DNA from: Vicugna vicugna
Taxonomy: Eukaryota
Length of the DNA: 64,000 nt
Direction: 5' to 3'
NCBI GenBank assembly: GCA_013265495.1
Contig: MU057809.1
Location: 1,353,062 to 1,417,061, forward strand
In this document: positions 11,687-22,766 of the stretch, piece after piece
Layout: every line of letters begins with the position of its first letter
How positions within the stretch are numbered: position 1 is the first letter of the stretch
Translations under genes and position numbers: made by a program
The notes under the pieces: model-generated
The model's input: the letters and a program-made list of their open reading frames with translations, nothing else
Told to the model about the DNA's origin: nothing
Databases searched by the model: none

Positions 11687-14082
11687 GGGGGGGGTCACTG
11701 GCATCTATTTGATGCCAAGTAAGTTATTCCACCCCTGCTCCTAAAGAAAAAGTTAAATAGAATTGCGGGAAATACCCCCCACCGCGTTTCTTGATTGATG
11801 TCTAAGTCCTCGTGCGTGAACCAGGAAGAGAAGCTTCAGACAGATGCACGAGGCCAAGCGGGGAGGGGAGCAGGCTGCGGGGTCCCCTCCCTCCAGTTGC
11901 CTCTTCACTCCCAAGCCGGTGCTGTGACCAGAGCAAAAGCCGGAAGCCCAGAAAAACGGGGTTTCTGCAGCATGAGCTGCAGCAGTTGGAGGAAACGGAA
12001 AGTCTCAGGTTTGCAGGGCGACCAAGACAAGGGCCTGCAAAGCAGCCGACAGCGACGGGCAGCACGGAGAGAAATGCTCGCCCTGCCGAAGAGTCACAGG
12101 TAAACCACGCGTGAGGCCAGGACGCTGCCCGGGACAAATGTGGGACCGCGGGTCCACCAGCGCCACCCGGGGCCACCCGGCGCGCTCGCACGTCAGCTCC
12201 CAGATGCGAGTTCGGGGGCGCTGGCAGACCCGGGGGGCTTGGCAAGGCTCCGCCTGGAGAGGCAGGTGGCAGGTCTGTGTGGCAGCGTCCTCTCCTCAGA
12301 ACTTCCGAGCCACCCGGGAGCAGGCACTGCTTCCAAAACCACAGAAGGGGTCTGAATGGGCTGAGACAGGGTCTAAGGGAATTTAGATTTTATCCAGATC
12401 TTGCGGGTGAATGAGGCTTTCGGCAGAGGGTATTTCTTTCTTGAAACTGAGGCAAAGCTCTGTGGCACCCATGCTAGGAGAGCTGAGCTCGGGGGCCAGG
12501 CTTCTCCTAGTGCCACTGGTCTTCTTGTTGGGACGGTCTTCCTGAAGGGCCGTGGGGCCCGTCCAGCGGGGCAGCACCGGAGGCCAGCACAGGGGCAGGT
12601 GGGCCCTCTAGGCCCCAGGCCCGTCTCCTGCCCCTCCCTGTGCGGCTCCCACAGCCCTAAAACCCCAGCCCTAGGCCCCGGGCCCTGTAAGCACCCTGGG
12701 CACCTGGCATTCTCCAGGGGACAGCTCTGCGCAGTGTCTGAGGGTCACAGAGCCACAGTGAAGGGCGCCAACCACTGGACATCCGCTGAGGTCACGGCCC
12801 TGAGCTACGGCTTCAAGACTGCTTACTTTTTCTAGATCAACACCCGAGGAGCAGAGGCAGACCCATGTCTATATTTACAACGCTCTGGGGCATTTTCTTA
12901 GAAAACTCAGGTCCACGGGCAGACCTTGCCTTTCTCAGCTCTGCTGACGGCCAGGCCCCTGCAGTGACGCCAGACCTGGGGTGTACAGTGGTCTAGATGC
13001 CCTGAAGCTTGCACCCAGGCCTGAGGCTTTTCCTCTTCGTCCATCAGCAAAGCCTAATCTCACAAAGAACCAGAGCCCAGCTTCTGAAAAGACCTGTGTG
13101 CCACACCCCTGGGGCTGTGGCCCCTGGGAGCCGAGCCAGGGTCTGCACATGGCGAGGGGCAGCGGTGGGGGCAGTGTGTGTGTGTGCCGGCGGGACACTT
13201 CTCCGCCCTCCCTCCCTCCCTCCCTCTCCCCTGGCAGCCCCGTGGAGGCTGCCACACCTGCCTCTGGTCTTGGGGAACAGCTTTCCCTCTGCAGGTTTCA
13301 AAATCAGATGTGATGCTACTTCTGTGATTATAATTTGGTGGTTTTTTAATCCACCCAGTGACAAAACCTACCACCCAACTCCTTCCCAGGAACAGCAGCT
13401 CTTGGGGACGGGGTCCCAAGGGGATAGGGAAGATGACAGAAGACAGGTCCGTGTGGTGAGGGGCGGGAGTGGGGAGCCCGAGGAACAAGAACCCATTTGG
13501 GGACCCTGATGTCATCCAAGTCTCAGAAACTTCTGACATGGCAGCGTTTCGTCACAGGGATGAGGGGAACCCACCCCCTACCGCGGGCCTGCCTCCTCGC
13601 ACACTCCTCCAAAAGGTTCGGCATGGCGTGTCCAGCCTGACCTGCTGCACTGAAGGCGGGGCAGATTCTGGCCGGCGGGGACGTCGAGGAGGATGAGGGG
13701 GGCGGTGTCAGCGTCAGCTCCACGTGGAGCAGCTCTTCCCAGTTGCGGCCAAAGCTGGCCAGTGAGGTGCCAGGAAGGCGTCTTTCCGGGGCTCCCTGGC
13801 TGCCCATCGATAGGGGGAGGTGCATCTGTCTGGCACTTAAGGCCACCATGTGAGCTGCCCCTGGGGAGGCGGGAACGAGGCAACCACCCCCAAGGGCACA
13901 ATAAAGGCACCTGGGATCCTTAAACCCGCGAGGCAACAGGCAGAACAAGAGAGACCGGGAAGGCGTGCAGGCGCCAAGCAGGCACTGTTCTTTTCCTAAC
14001 AAGACACACTACTTTCCAGTTTTAGGTATCCTGTCCTGTAGAACACGCCTGGTCCTCTCAACCTAACCTTCCCCTCAGAGCA

Positions 14083-14219
14083 TCACCACGTGAGGGGCGG
14101 GGAGGCAGTTTTCCTCGTGGGCAGAGCTGGTGCCAAGACGACCTCGTCCGAGTCGTCTGAGTTCACTTCCTCTGCGGGTGGAGGCATGGCGGGCTGCAGC
14201 CCCGAGGGAGAGTGCTCCG
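14083..14219 (-). CDS. IQCE: IQCE exon 22 (last; ..EHSPSGLQPAMPPPAEEVNSDDSDEVVLAPALPTRKTASPPLTW*)
   Basis: Acceptor cttcctttcag. Conserved VNSDDSD motif. TGA at 14085-14083. Confidence 0.92.
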
Positions 14220-16514
14220 CTGAAAGGAAGCAGAGACAGGAAGGGGGTCACCCCAGCGCTCAGGGCCGCCAGTCCAGGGCACAGACGTCCCGGATCAACT
14301 TCACGCCACGCCACCACGCCACCCTCACTGTATGCACCCACACCACCTCCACCGATAAGCTCAGCTGCAACATTTTGGTCATTTCCAAAAAGCAAAACAC
14401 CTGCGAAAGGTGAAGACTGGGGCGGCTCAAGTCTTTGGCAGGAATTTTCCACGAGCCACCCTGGCAGCAGCGTCCAGGAGCCTGGGGCCCTGGGCGGCTG
14501 GCTGTGACTCGCGGGCAGATGCGGCCAGTGGCCGCCAGCTTCCTTGGGAGGACATGGGGGCTCGTGCACTGCACGCCCCCGCAGGTGGGGGAGGCGGGAC
14601 AGACGAGCCAGCGCCCGGTGACACCCCCACTTCCACTCCTGCCATCACACACATCCAAACCCTTCAAATCCCGTGACAGATGCTGGACGGGGAGGCTGCC
14701 TGCAGATCACCGCCACCCTGAGTGCCACCTGGACGGCATGTGAGGAGGGGCAGGGCCCTGCCGGGCCATCGCTCCCAGCCCCAGGAGGGGGCCTTGCCCT
14801 TACTGCTTCATAGAGTGAAAAAATAACCAGCCACTGATCTGCGATTAAAAGGGAAGGAAATTGGGACTCAGCCGTGCTGCGGCTGCTCTGGGTCAGCTCT
14901 TCTTCTGTAACTTTCACGAAAATTATTAAAGTGGAAGCTTATGAAATTAAAAACATCAGTTTTCCAGGTTATTTTCTTTTTTCCTTAAAAGCACTTCCAC
15001 AGTCAGGCCACACCAGGGCTTGATGTCCACTTTTCAGAGATGGTTTCTTTGGGTGAATGAGAGCTGGACGCTGGAGCCTGGTCTGAGGTGGATCTTTCTG
15101 GGCAGAGGCCGAGTGGCCGCTTTAAAATGACACACATTTAACAAGAGGAGAGAAAGGTGGCATGAACGACACTCTAGCCCCAATCAGAGTCTAGAGGTCA
15201 TCAAACGTAGGTTCTGGTGACATCAGTGTGAAACAGGCTTTTGGAGGACAATGTGCAGCTATGGGGGCTGGAAGGTTCTGGGGCAGCCCCCTAGCTCTGT
15301 GAACTCCCTTATCTTCCCTGCACACCCTCTGCTGCCGATCTGTCTGCAAACAGAGGCTCTGGGGAGACCGTCCAGATTCAAAGTTACCAGCTCTCCCAGA
15401 GCTGGGGCAATGGGGTGAAGAGCCGGGGGCTTCTCCCAGACACGGAAGGGTGATGCCTTGGGACGCCTGCACTCACCGGGGCCGGGTGGCGGGGCTGCCG
15501 GCTTTCCTGGGCCCCTGGGTGCTTCGTGCTCGGGAGCTGGCCCCTCCGCCGGCTCCCCGCTGCTCCCCTCACTGTCTTCCTGACCTGAAATGACACACAC
15601 AAGAAACTCCCATCTGCACGGAGACTCACCATACCCCCCGCCTTCCTATCCTCACATTTTTGGCCCAGAAAAACTGCTTCCTTCTGTAGTCTGTCGTTGG
15701 CATGAAGCGCCGTTCCCTCCCTGCACCTGTCCTCCTCCGATCTCATCTCTGCCACCCCAGACTCGGCCCTGGAAGCCCTTCATGGAAAGGTTCCCACGGG
15801 AGCCACGTGTGACGGCGGCCCACTGGCCGCCAATCACAGAGGAGACTCGGGCCTACGCTGCTCTGTCTGTGACAGACCTCAGAATGCCACCTGTGTGCCG
15901 TCTCTGGCCTTACAGAGATGGCCCAGAGCTTCCCAGTTACAGTGCGAGGCAGCAGCACCGAGGGACAGTCAGACTCGCAGGATGTGGGTCCTGAAAGTGG
16001 CTTCCAAGCGGCCTCACACACGAGGAGTGGAGGCCCCGAGGGGCCCGCATGTCCGGGGAGTGACGGAGCGGGGCCCAGGCCCCCGAGGGCGGCGGCGCCC
16101 CCGTCAGTGCCAGGACTTCTGCGCTGACGGGTTTCAGGTTGCAGCGAAGCAGGAAAGGAAGCACAAGTGAGCCTCACTTAAAACAACCACCAGGAGAAAC
16201 ACCGGCCCAGGGAGGAGCTGCCTCGCTCCGGTTAGACTGAGATAAAAATCAAAGCCACGAAGCTCCACCCGCGTGGCCCGTGGTGGTGGGAGCACCACTG
16301 TCACCGACCAGGAACCGGCTCCAGGTCAGGCTCCGGGGAGTCCCGTGGGGGCTGTCCCTTCCCGCTACAACCCGAGGCACCAGGGACGAAGCTGTGATGG
16401 GGAGACATCACTCGGCCTGCAGGTGGCTGCGCAGGCATGCCCCTTCACGCGTCCAGCTTCAGGGACGGTGGCAGCACTTTTGGCTTAAACCTCAGAAGGT
16501 CCGCAGCTCCTTAC

Positions 16515-16642
16515 ACGAAATCCGAAATGAAATGAAATCATCAGGAGAAGCTGCAGGGAGGGGTGAGGACAGGGGTTCGCTGTGCGGGGCCCAGGCAGAT
16601 CTGTCCGCGCATGCTGCAGCAGTGGCTCTCTGACCGGCGGCA
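16515..16642 (-). CDS. IQCE: IQCE exon 21 (AAGQRATAAACADRSAWAPHSEPLSSPLPAASP..); 3' boundary uncertain (16542 expected, 16515 usable)
   Basis: Acceptor ttccccag. The position expected for the donor is followed by AT. The next good donor (GT|gtaagg) is 27 nt further and keeps the phase. Confidence 0.7.
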
Positions 16643-17295
16643 CTGGGGAAAGCAGAGAAACCAGCTGAATCTGACGTCAGAGCAGGCCGGCCTCGTCTGC
16701 GGCCTGCTGCCAGGCGCACCCCCCGCCGGAGGCCCCTGCCGCACAGAGGTGCCCAGCATCCCTGCCCGAGCCCCGGGCCGCGTGCTCTCAGCCTCGCTGT
16801 AAATCCCGCTCCTTGGCCGGGTCGGCGTACACGGGGGTCCGAGCTGCTGCGGCTGGACAGTCCTGGCTGGACCCTGGTGGCCCAGCAGGCACGGTGCCGT
16901 GGACGAGGAGTGCGGGATGCGGCGGGAAGGCCCCTGACAACACCCACGTCTCCCTGAGCACAGGTCACGCCACACTTCCTTCAGGAAGGGGCAGGGCATC
17001 GGGACAGGGGGCCGCCCAGCTGCGAACTGATGGTACCAGGACCACAAGGTACCCACGCCTTCCCTCCGTCTCTCCCAGCAGGAGGAAATGCTCCTAGAAA
17101 GGCCTCTTCCCGAGGCCCAGAATTGGCGGCCCACCCCTCCCCGGGAGCTGCGGGAGGAGCCTTCCACAAGGTGAGCTAGGTCCCAGGCCCGGCCCCACCC
17201 CCGTGCCTGGGCGCGATGTGCCTGGGCGGGTGGACAGCCCCTGTGCGCGCCCAGCACCGCCCTCAGGACAGAGGTGGCCTGCCGGGCGGACTTAC

Positions 17296-17417
17296 CTGTG
17301 CCTGGCCCGTGCCAGGTGTGCCCGGAAGACGGACTGGATGGTGGTGATGGCCTCCTCTTGCCCCGGGTCACCCTCGGCCTGGACGACGGGGCTCAGAACG
17401 TGGGGCGGGGGGGAGTC
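17296..17417 (-). CDS. IQCE: IQCE exon 20 (IQ-like motif EEAITTIQSVFRAHLARARH)
   Basis: 122 nt, bounded by cag and gtaagt. Confidence 0.95.
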
Positions 17418-17902
17418 CTGCGGCAGTGACAGTGAGGAAGGCGCCGCTGGAGACCTCTGCCACCTTCCTCCTCCAGGCCCTCAGCGCCAGGTGAGAGCAC
17501 AGCTCCGAGTCAGGTGGTTCCCCTCGTTCCTAACTACTTCGGCGGAGTTTCCCGATTGCAGGTTAATTCTTAGACTCCAGAGATTCTTAAAGTGCATGTC
17601 TGGGTGTTTTCACGGGGGGGGGAGGGCTGCTACAGAACGCTCCTGTCTTTGCTGTGTTTTCAGCTTATGTCTCAACTGCGAGGCGGACGCGCTGCTGCTG
17701 CTCCTGCACTCAGAGCGGTCTGCAGCCTGAAGCCCAGGCCAGCTGTGACCCCTCGGGCAGCTCAGGCCGCACGCGCCTTGGGGCGGGGGGCGAGGCGGGA
17801 CGCGAGGACCGCAGGGTGCCTGCCCTGTCTCGTGGGGATGTGTGAAGAGAAACGGGGGCAGAGCTCAGAAGGCGGGGTCTGTGTGCAGCCCCCGAGGGTT
17901 AC

Positions 17903-18013
17903 CTGGCTGGGAGGGCTTGGCACGCTGGGGGGACGCGAGCCGCACGCTCTGCTCGATAGCAGCTTCGCCCGCGCTAGGTGCCCCCGGAAAGCCGCCTGCA
18001 GCACGGTAGCCGC
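17903..18013 (-). CDS. IQCE: IQCE exon 19 (IQ motif AATVLQAAFRGHLARAKL)
   Basis: 111 nt, bounded by cag and gtaacc. Confidence 0.95.
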
Positions 18014-20100
18014 CTGGCAGGAGAGGAGGGAGAGGTGGAGTCAGCTTCCCCGGAAGACGGCAGGCGCAGCTCACGGGAGGTTCCAGAGGGAAGACGCCTT
18101 CCCTTCCTCCTGCGTGATCACGGGCATACCCGAAGGAGCCCCCGTCTCCTCTGCTCACCCAGGATCTCCTACAGCGAGAAACACCAACCCTCCGGGGAGA
18201 GAAAGGCCCAGACGCCCGAGCCCACCGTAAACGATCTTGGAGGGTGAATGCATCACCCATTGAACGCGATTAGGCGGCTGCTAACGTTAACCCGCATCTC
18301 ACACTCAGTTTGGTTCCCACGTAGAGACGGTTATTCCGTGTGGGAGCAGACTCTCCTGCTTCTGCTTTAGAAGGTGGACACCTTCTAGATCAAGCAGGGA
18401 GGAGCACGATCGCAAACTGTCGCCAAGGGGTTACTCATCCTTCGACCTTAATCTTGAATGTTTTCTTTAGAAATACACATGGATGCTGAGCAAGATCAAT
18501 GCTCTGGATTTTCAATGATCCTGCCTCCAGCCCCGGTTAAAACTACCCCTGACGGGGGCCACTGGGGAGAACGGCCCTCTACCAGCACGCTGAGTCCCGG
18601 CACTCGGGCTTGCGTTCAGCGGCTCAGACGCTTCCACCATCACAGTCCCCCAAAGAAAACACCTTTGTTTTTCTTGAAGGCAAGTTGGGGGAAACGCCAC
18701 AGCCTTGGGGGTGGGAAACAACAAAGGGAGGTGAAAGAACGTGGTTCATTAAGGACAAAGCAACCCGCTAAAAGCAGCTGAGTACTGCAACTAATGCACA
18801 ACACCTGGCTGCCAGGGCAGCTTCTGCCTCCGCTGGCAGGCGAGGCTCACTGACCAGAGACCAACAAGCAAGACAGAAAGGGGACAGAGTGTCCACCTGG
18901 GTCACAGATGCTCCACACAGCCCTCTGAGGAACTCCCAACCATTCCCGCATTCAAACACTGAAGGTACCACGCTGGGAAAGGGACAGAGTGGTGGCAGAA
19001 AGATAGAGAGTGTCCCCAAGTCCACGGAACTTAATGTTCTCACGCGAGAGACAAGCAATTTTAAAAAAAAGGTCAAGTATCAGGCGGGGGTAAACGCCCT
19101 GAAGAGAAACAAGGCAGGGCGAGGGGCTGGAGAGTGACAGGGTGCGGGGCCCAGAGAAGGCCACGTCTCAGAGGAGACCTGGACACAGTGAGGGAGCAGG
19201 GCCAGCGAACATCGGGAGAAAGGGCCTTCTAGGCAGAGGGGGCAGCAAGCGCAAAGGCCCTGTGGCAGGAACAGCCTGGGTATTTTCAAGGACGCCAGAG
19301 ATGCCTCCGGACCGAGCAGGGCTGGAGGGCTGGCCAGAGAGGGTCGCAGGTAGGACTTCAGGGAACAGCTCGGGTCTGCTCCAGGTGTGAGAGGAAGTTG
19401 CTGTGGAGTGATGTGATTTACCACTTACAAACGCGGCCCTGGTGTCTGCATGGGGAACGGGCCGTGGAGGTGGGGCAGAAGCAAAAGCAGGGCGGAGAGG
19501 GGGTGGTGAGACGGTCCCGGGGCTTATATCTGCGCCGCCCACAGCAGACCCCGCCGTCCGCTTCGAGTTCCAGTCACACCCCTGTTCTCTCTTCCTGAGC
19601 AAGACACACCCTGACGCTCACTGGGGCTTTGCTGGAGCGAATTCTTCCACCCAGGAGGCCCGTCCTCTGACTTCCCAGTCCAGTGAGTCCCTGCTGGTCT
19701 CCAGGGCCCCCTGCAGGGACGGTCCAGCGTGGGCAAGCAGCCCCTCGGCCGTGGGTGCGGCCCTGAGCCCACCTTCTGCCCTGGACTGGAGCTGCCTGTT
19801 TGTCTCAATGTCTCTCTGTGTCCTGAGGGCCCCCGGCTTGCTGGACACAGAACTGATGATCAGTAAAAGTGTGTTTAGAGAGTGAATGAGTGACTGCATT
19901 CTGAAAGTGTGAAATTATCCAAGTATTTATTCGGTGTTAATGTCACTCATGTGTTTTAACTCAATGTTGGGGTCTGCCCCGACCTCGTGAAAACAAGCAC
20001 GTAAGGATGTTTCTTGAGGCCCGCCCCCACCACCCCACGATCACCTGAAACAAAGTAAAAATACGCATTTTTTGAAATTGGTGAAATAAAACTTGCTTAC

Positions 20101-20124
20101 CTCACTCAGAACAGCCTTATTTTT
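20101..20124 (-). CDS. IQCE: IQCE exon 18 micro-exon (KNKAVLSE)
   Basis: 24 nt, acceptor ctctttatttcag, donor gtaagc. Human equivalent KKKAVLDE. Confidence 0.9.
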
Positions 20125-21489
20125 CTGAAATAAAGAGATAAGTTATGAATTAACACGATGAATTTTTTTTTATAATACAGTGCTCATTTCTTGATTCTGT
20201 CCCTGCCACAGCCAACAGTGATGGAAAAGCAGAGTCGGGGGCCCCTCCCCACCTCCCACAGCCGAGGGGCTCCGTGCCTCCCTGACGCCTGTTCCGCAGC
20301 TGACGGAGCTGAGGGAGCCAGACACGCCTGCGACAGCGAGGAGGCAGTGGCCGTGATTAGGAAGGAGAGTCACAGTCGAAGACGAGGGTGTGTTGGGGGC
20401 GTCTGCGCTGCTCGGCCAGCTGTGTGGCAAACAAGTGACTCACGGGGACCAACTATGATGTGGGCGTCCTGGGCTCCAGATGAGGAAGCCGCTTCCCTCA
20501 GCTTGAGCTGCCCTAACCCGGGGTGACCTCTCTGGGTGCTCACAGAGCGGCTGGGCGCTGCCGGCTGGTGATGTTACGCAGGGGATCCGCAGGCAGGGGT
20601 CTGGGTCGCCGGCTCCCAAGCCTGAGCAGCCATCAAGACCGGCAGGGGATGTGAGAAGAAAGACCCAGCCGCACCCCCGACACACTGAAGCAGCACCACC
20701 AGGGTGGGCTCCGAGGATGTGTGCTCTTAGGGATGTGCGTGGAGCCCAGTCCTCCCGACGTGCAAGCCCCGAGCACAGGAGTCAGGAGGTCCCCAGGCTC
20801 CAGCCTGGAGGCCAGTGGGGGGAAAGGCCTTGGCGGTCTGATGGGAGCCGTGGGCTGGGGCAGGGCTCTTACGCGGAGCAGAAGGATGGCATTTGCGGAG
20901 GTCACACGTCCTGCCCGCCCCCACCCTGACCCCCGACGTTGTCTGAAGTGACCGAGTGAGGTAAGACCAGTGAAGGAGGCAGCGCTGGCAGCCACGACGC
21001 TACCCAGAGACCGAAGTTAGAGACACAGCAGGGGACCCCTGGTTTCACGTGAGTCTTACAGCGAGGCATCACCTACGAGTTCTTCCCCCAGATCGTTTTC
21101 GACCTGAATTGAGTCAAGCCTGTGGACCTAACTTCCCATTTACGGGGAGGGCAGGGGACAGGGAAGCACTGAAAGGGCACCAGGAGCCGTCTGATCCCAG
21201 GTGGGGGACAGGCTCCAGGACATCCTTAAAAGGGTAAGGGTAAACGACACTGAGGAGACCTCAGCAACTGAGTGTAGTGCTTTCAGCGGATTCGGGCCCG
21301 AGTCCAACCTTGGTTGGACCCTGGTTTGGAAATGACAGTTACGAATGGCGCCTTTGGACAGGTGGGAACTGGGACCACAAAGAGGATGCTAGATGGGACT
21401 GTGAAACTGTTCAGCCTCTCAGCTGCAGTCATGGCTCTGTGGTTAAGCAGCACACCTCATTTTCAGAAGATACACGCTGGCCTCATAAC

Positions 21490-21680
21490 GCCTAAAACTT
21501 ACTTTCGAATGGTTCTGGAAAAAATAGTCCGTATCGAGAAGAAACACGGCTAAGTGAACTGTTGCTGACTGGAGGTAGCAGACAGGAACTAGTACACGGC
21601 GGGAGGGTGTGTGTGTGTGAAGACACTGAGCTCTTTCAAAACTTTTCTGCATTTTGTAAGTTTGCTTAATAAAAGTCAGG
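21490..21680 (+). mobile_element. L1ME-type 3' end remnant
   Basis: gaatggttctggaaaaaa...caaaacttttctgcattttgtaagtttg..aataaaagt resembles an old L1 terminus. Confidence 0.55.
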
Positions 21681-22583
21681 AGGAAACAATGATTAAAACC
21701 CTCCACCGGCAGCCTTTGGAGCTAAGATCTTATAAAATCCAGACGAACAGAGAAGTCCAGTTCCTGTCTGTTTGATCAGCTGGGGAACAGGGCTGTGCTG
21801 TGCTTTACAGAACTGGGGAGCTCGTCCACAGCGTTCAGTCATCGCAGAGCAGGACGGTCATCAGCGAGCCGCCCCGGAGCTGAGAAAGGAAACCGCGCCT
21901 CCCTCCATGAGAGGACACCGGCCGTCCCCCTCCTGGCCTATTGCCCGACGTCGCCCCAGGCACACAGGGAACCCAGTGCAAGCCCACAGCCCCTGCTGCC
22001 CCCTGCCCAAAGGTCCAAGACTCACGAGCGCAGCCCTCCTGTCCTGTCACCCACGTCATCCATGCCACCCACGCCATGGACCTCTGAGGAGCAGCCCCGA
22101 GGCCTGCAGTGCCAGGAAAACCCCTCAGCTCGGTCCCACGGTCCAGTGGGCTGCACCCGGAGCCGGTGTCCCCGGACTCAGCTCACTACGTGTGTGCCCA
22201 GCAGGGAGGGGACAGAGGCCTCCGGACAAGCCACTGCCTAGTCCCATCCAGCAAACGGAGCAGGCTGCTTCTCCAGGAGAGGGGAAGGGACCCCTTGGCT
22301 CCCCCTCCCCGGCTCAGCCCCCCTCCCCAGCTCCGCCTTCACTCCCCCCCCCTCCCCCGCAAGGCTCCAGGTGTGGCTTCCTCGCTCCCCTCCGCCTAGG
22401 TCCGGTCCCTTCTCTGCGAACATTCTGCTCCCCTACATTTCCCCACATGTCAACCGCGTCTGGCACGGAGCCCGCCCAGGGAAGGGGCCCAGTAGGTATG
22501 GGCACATCAGCACGTGAACTACAAAGGCGCGGCCGCGGCTGGCAAAGCCAGCAGGGTCGCGTGGGCGCGGGCAGCTCGCTCAC

Positions 22584-22766
22584 CTGGTACACCTGCCACC
22601 GGCTCTGCAGGAGCCGGGCGGCGGCGTCTCTCCTCCCTGCAGAGCAGGCGGAGGGCGGTCGGGAGGGGCCGCCCTCTCTCCAGTCACTGTCGGGCCCCGG
22701 CTCCGGCTCCGAGTCTGGCTGGGAGGGGCTGACGGCGGGGCTGGGGGGCCGGGGTTCTTCCTGGGT
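22584..22766 (-). CDS. IQCE: IQCE exon 17 (TQEEPRPPSP...GRRDAAARLLQSRWQVYQ)
   Basis: 183 nt, phase 0-0, bounded by cag and gtgagc. Contains the first IQ-like motif. Confidence 0.93.

Noticed and set aside
18368-18387. Perfect 8-bp hairpin tagaaggt/accttcta
   Set aside because: Single short stems of this size are expected several times in 64 kb. No pre-miRNA-length structure or snoRNA boxes are visible.
19984-20046. Strong acceptor-like tttttactttgtttcag 56 nt downstream of the IQCE exon 18 donor
   Set aside because: The intron would be below normal minimum length, the only nearby donor (gtcggg) is weak and gives a 61-nt frameshifting exon, and there is no transcript evidence.
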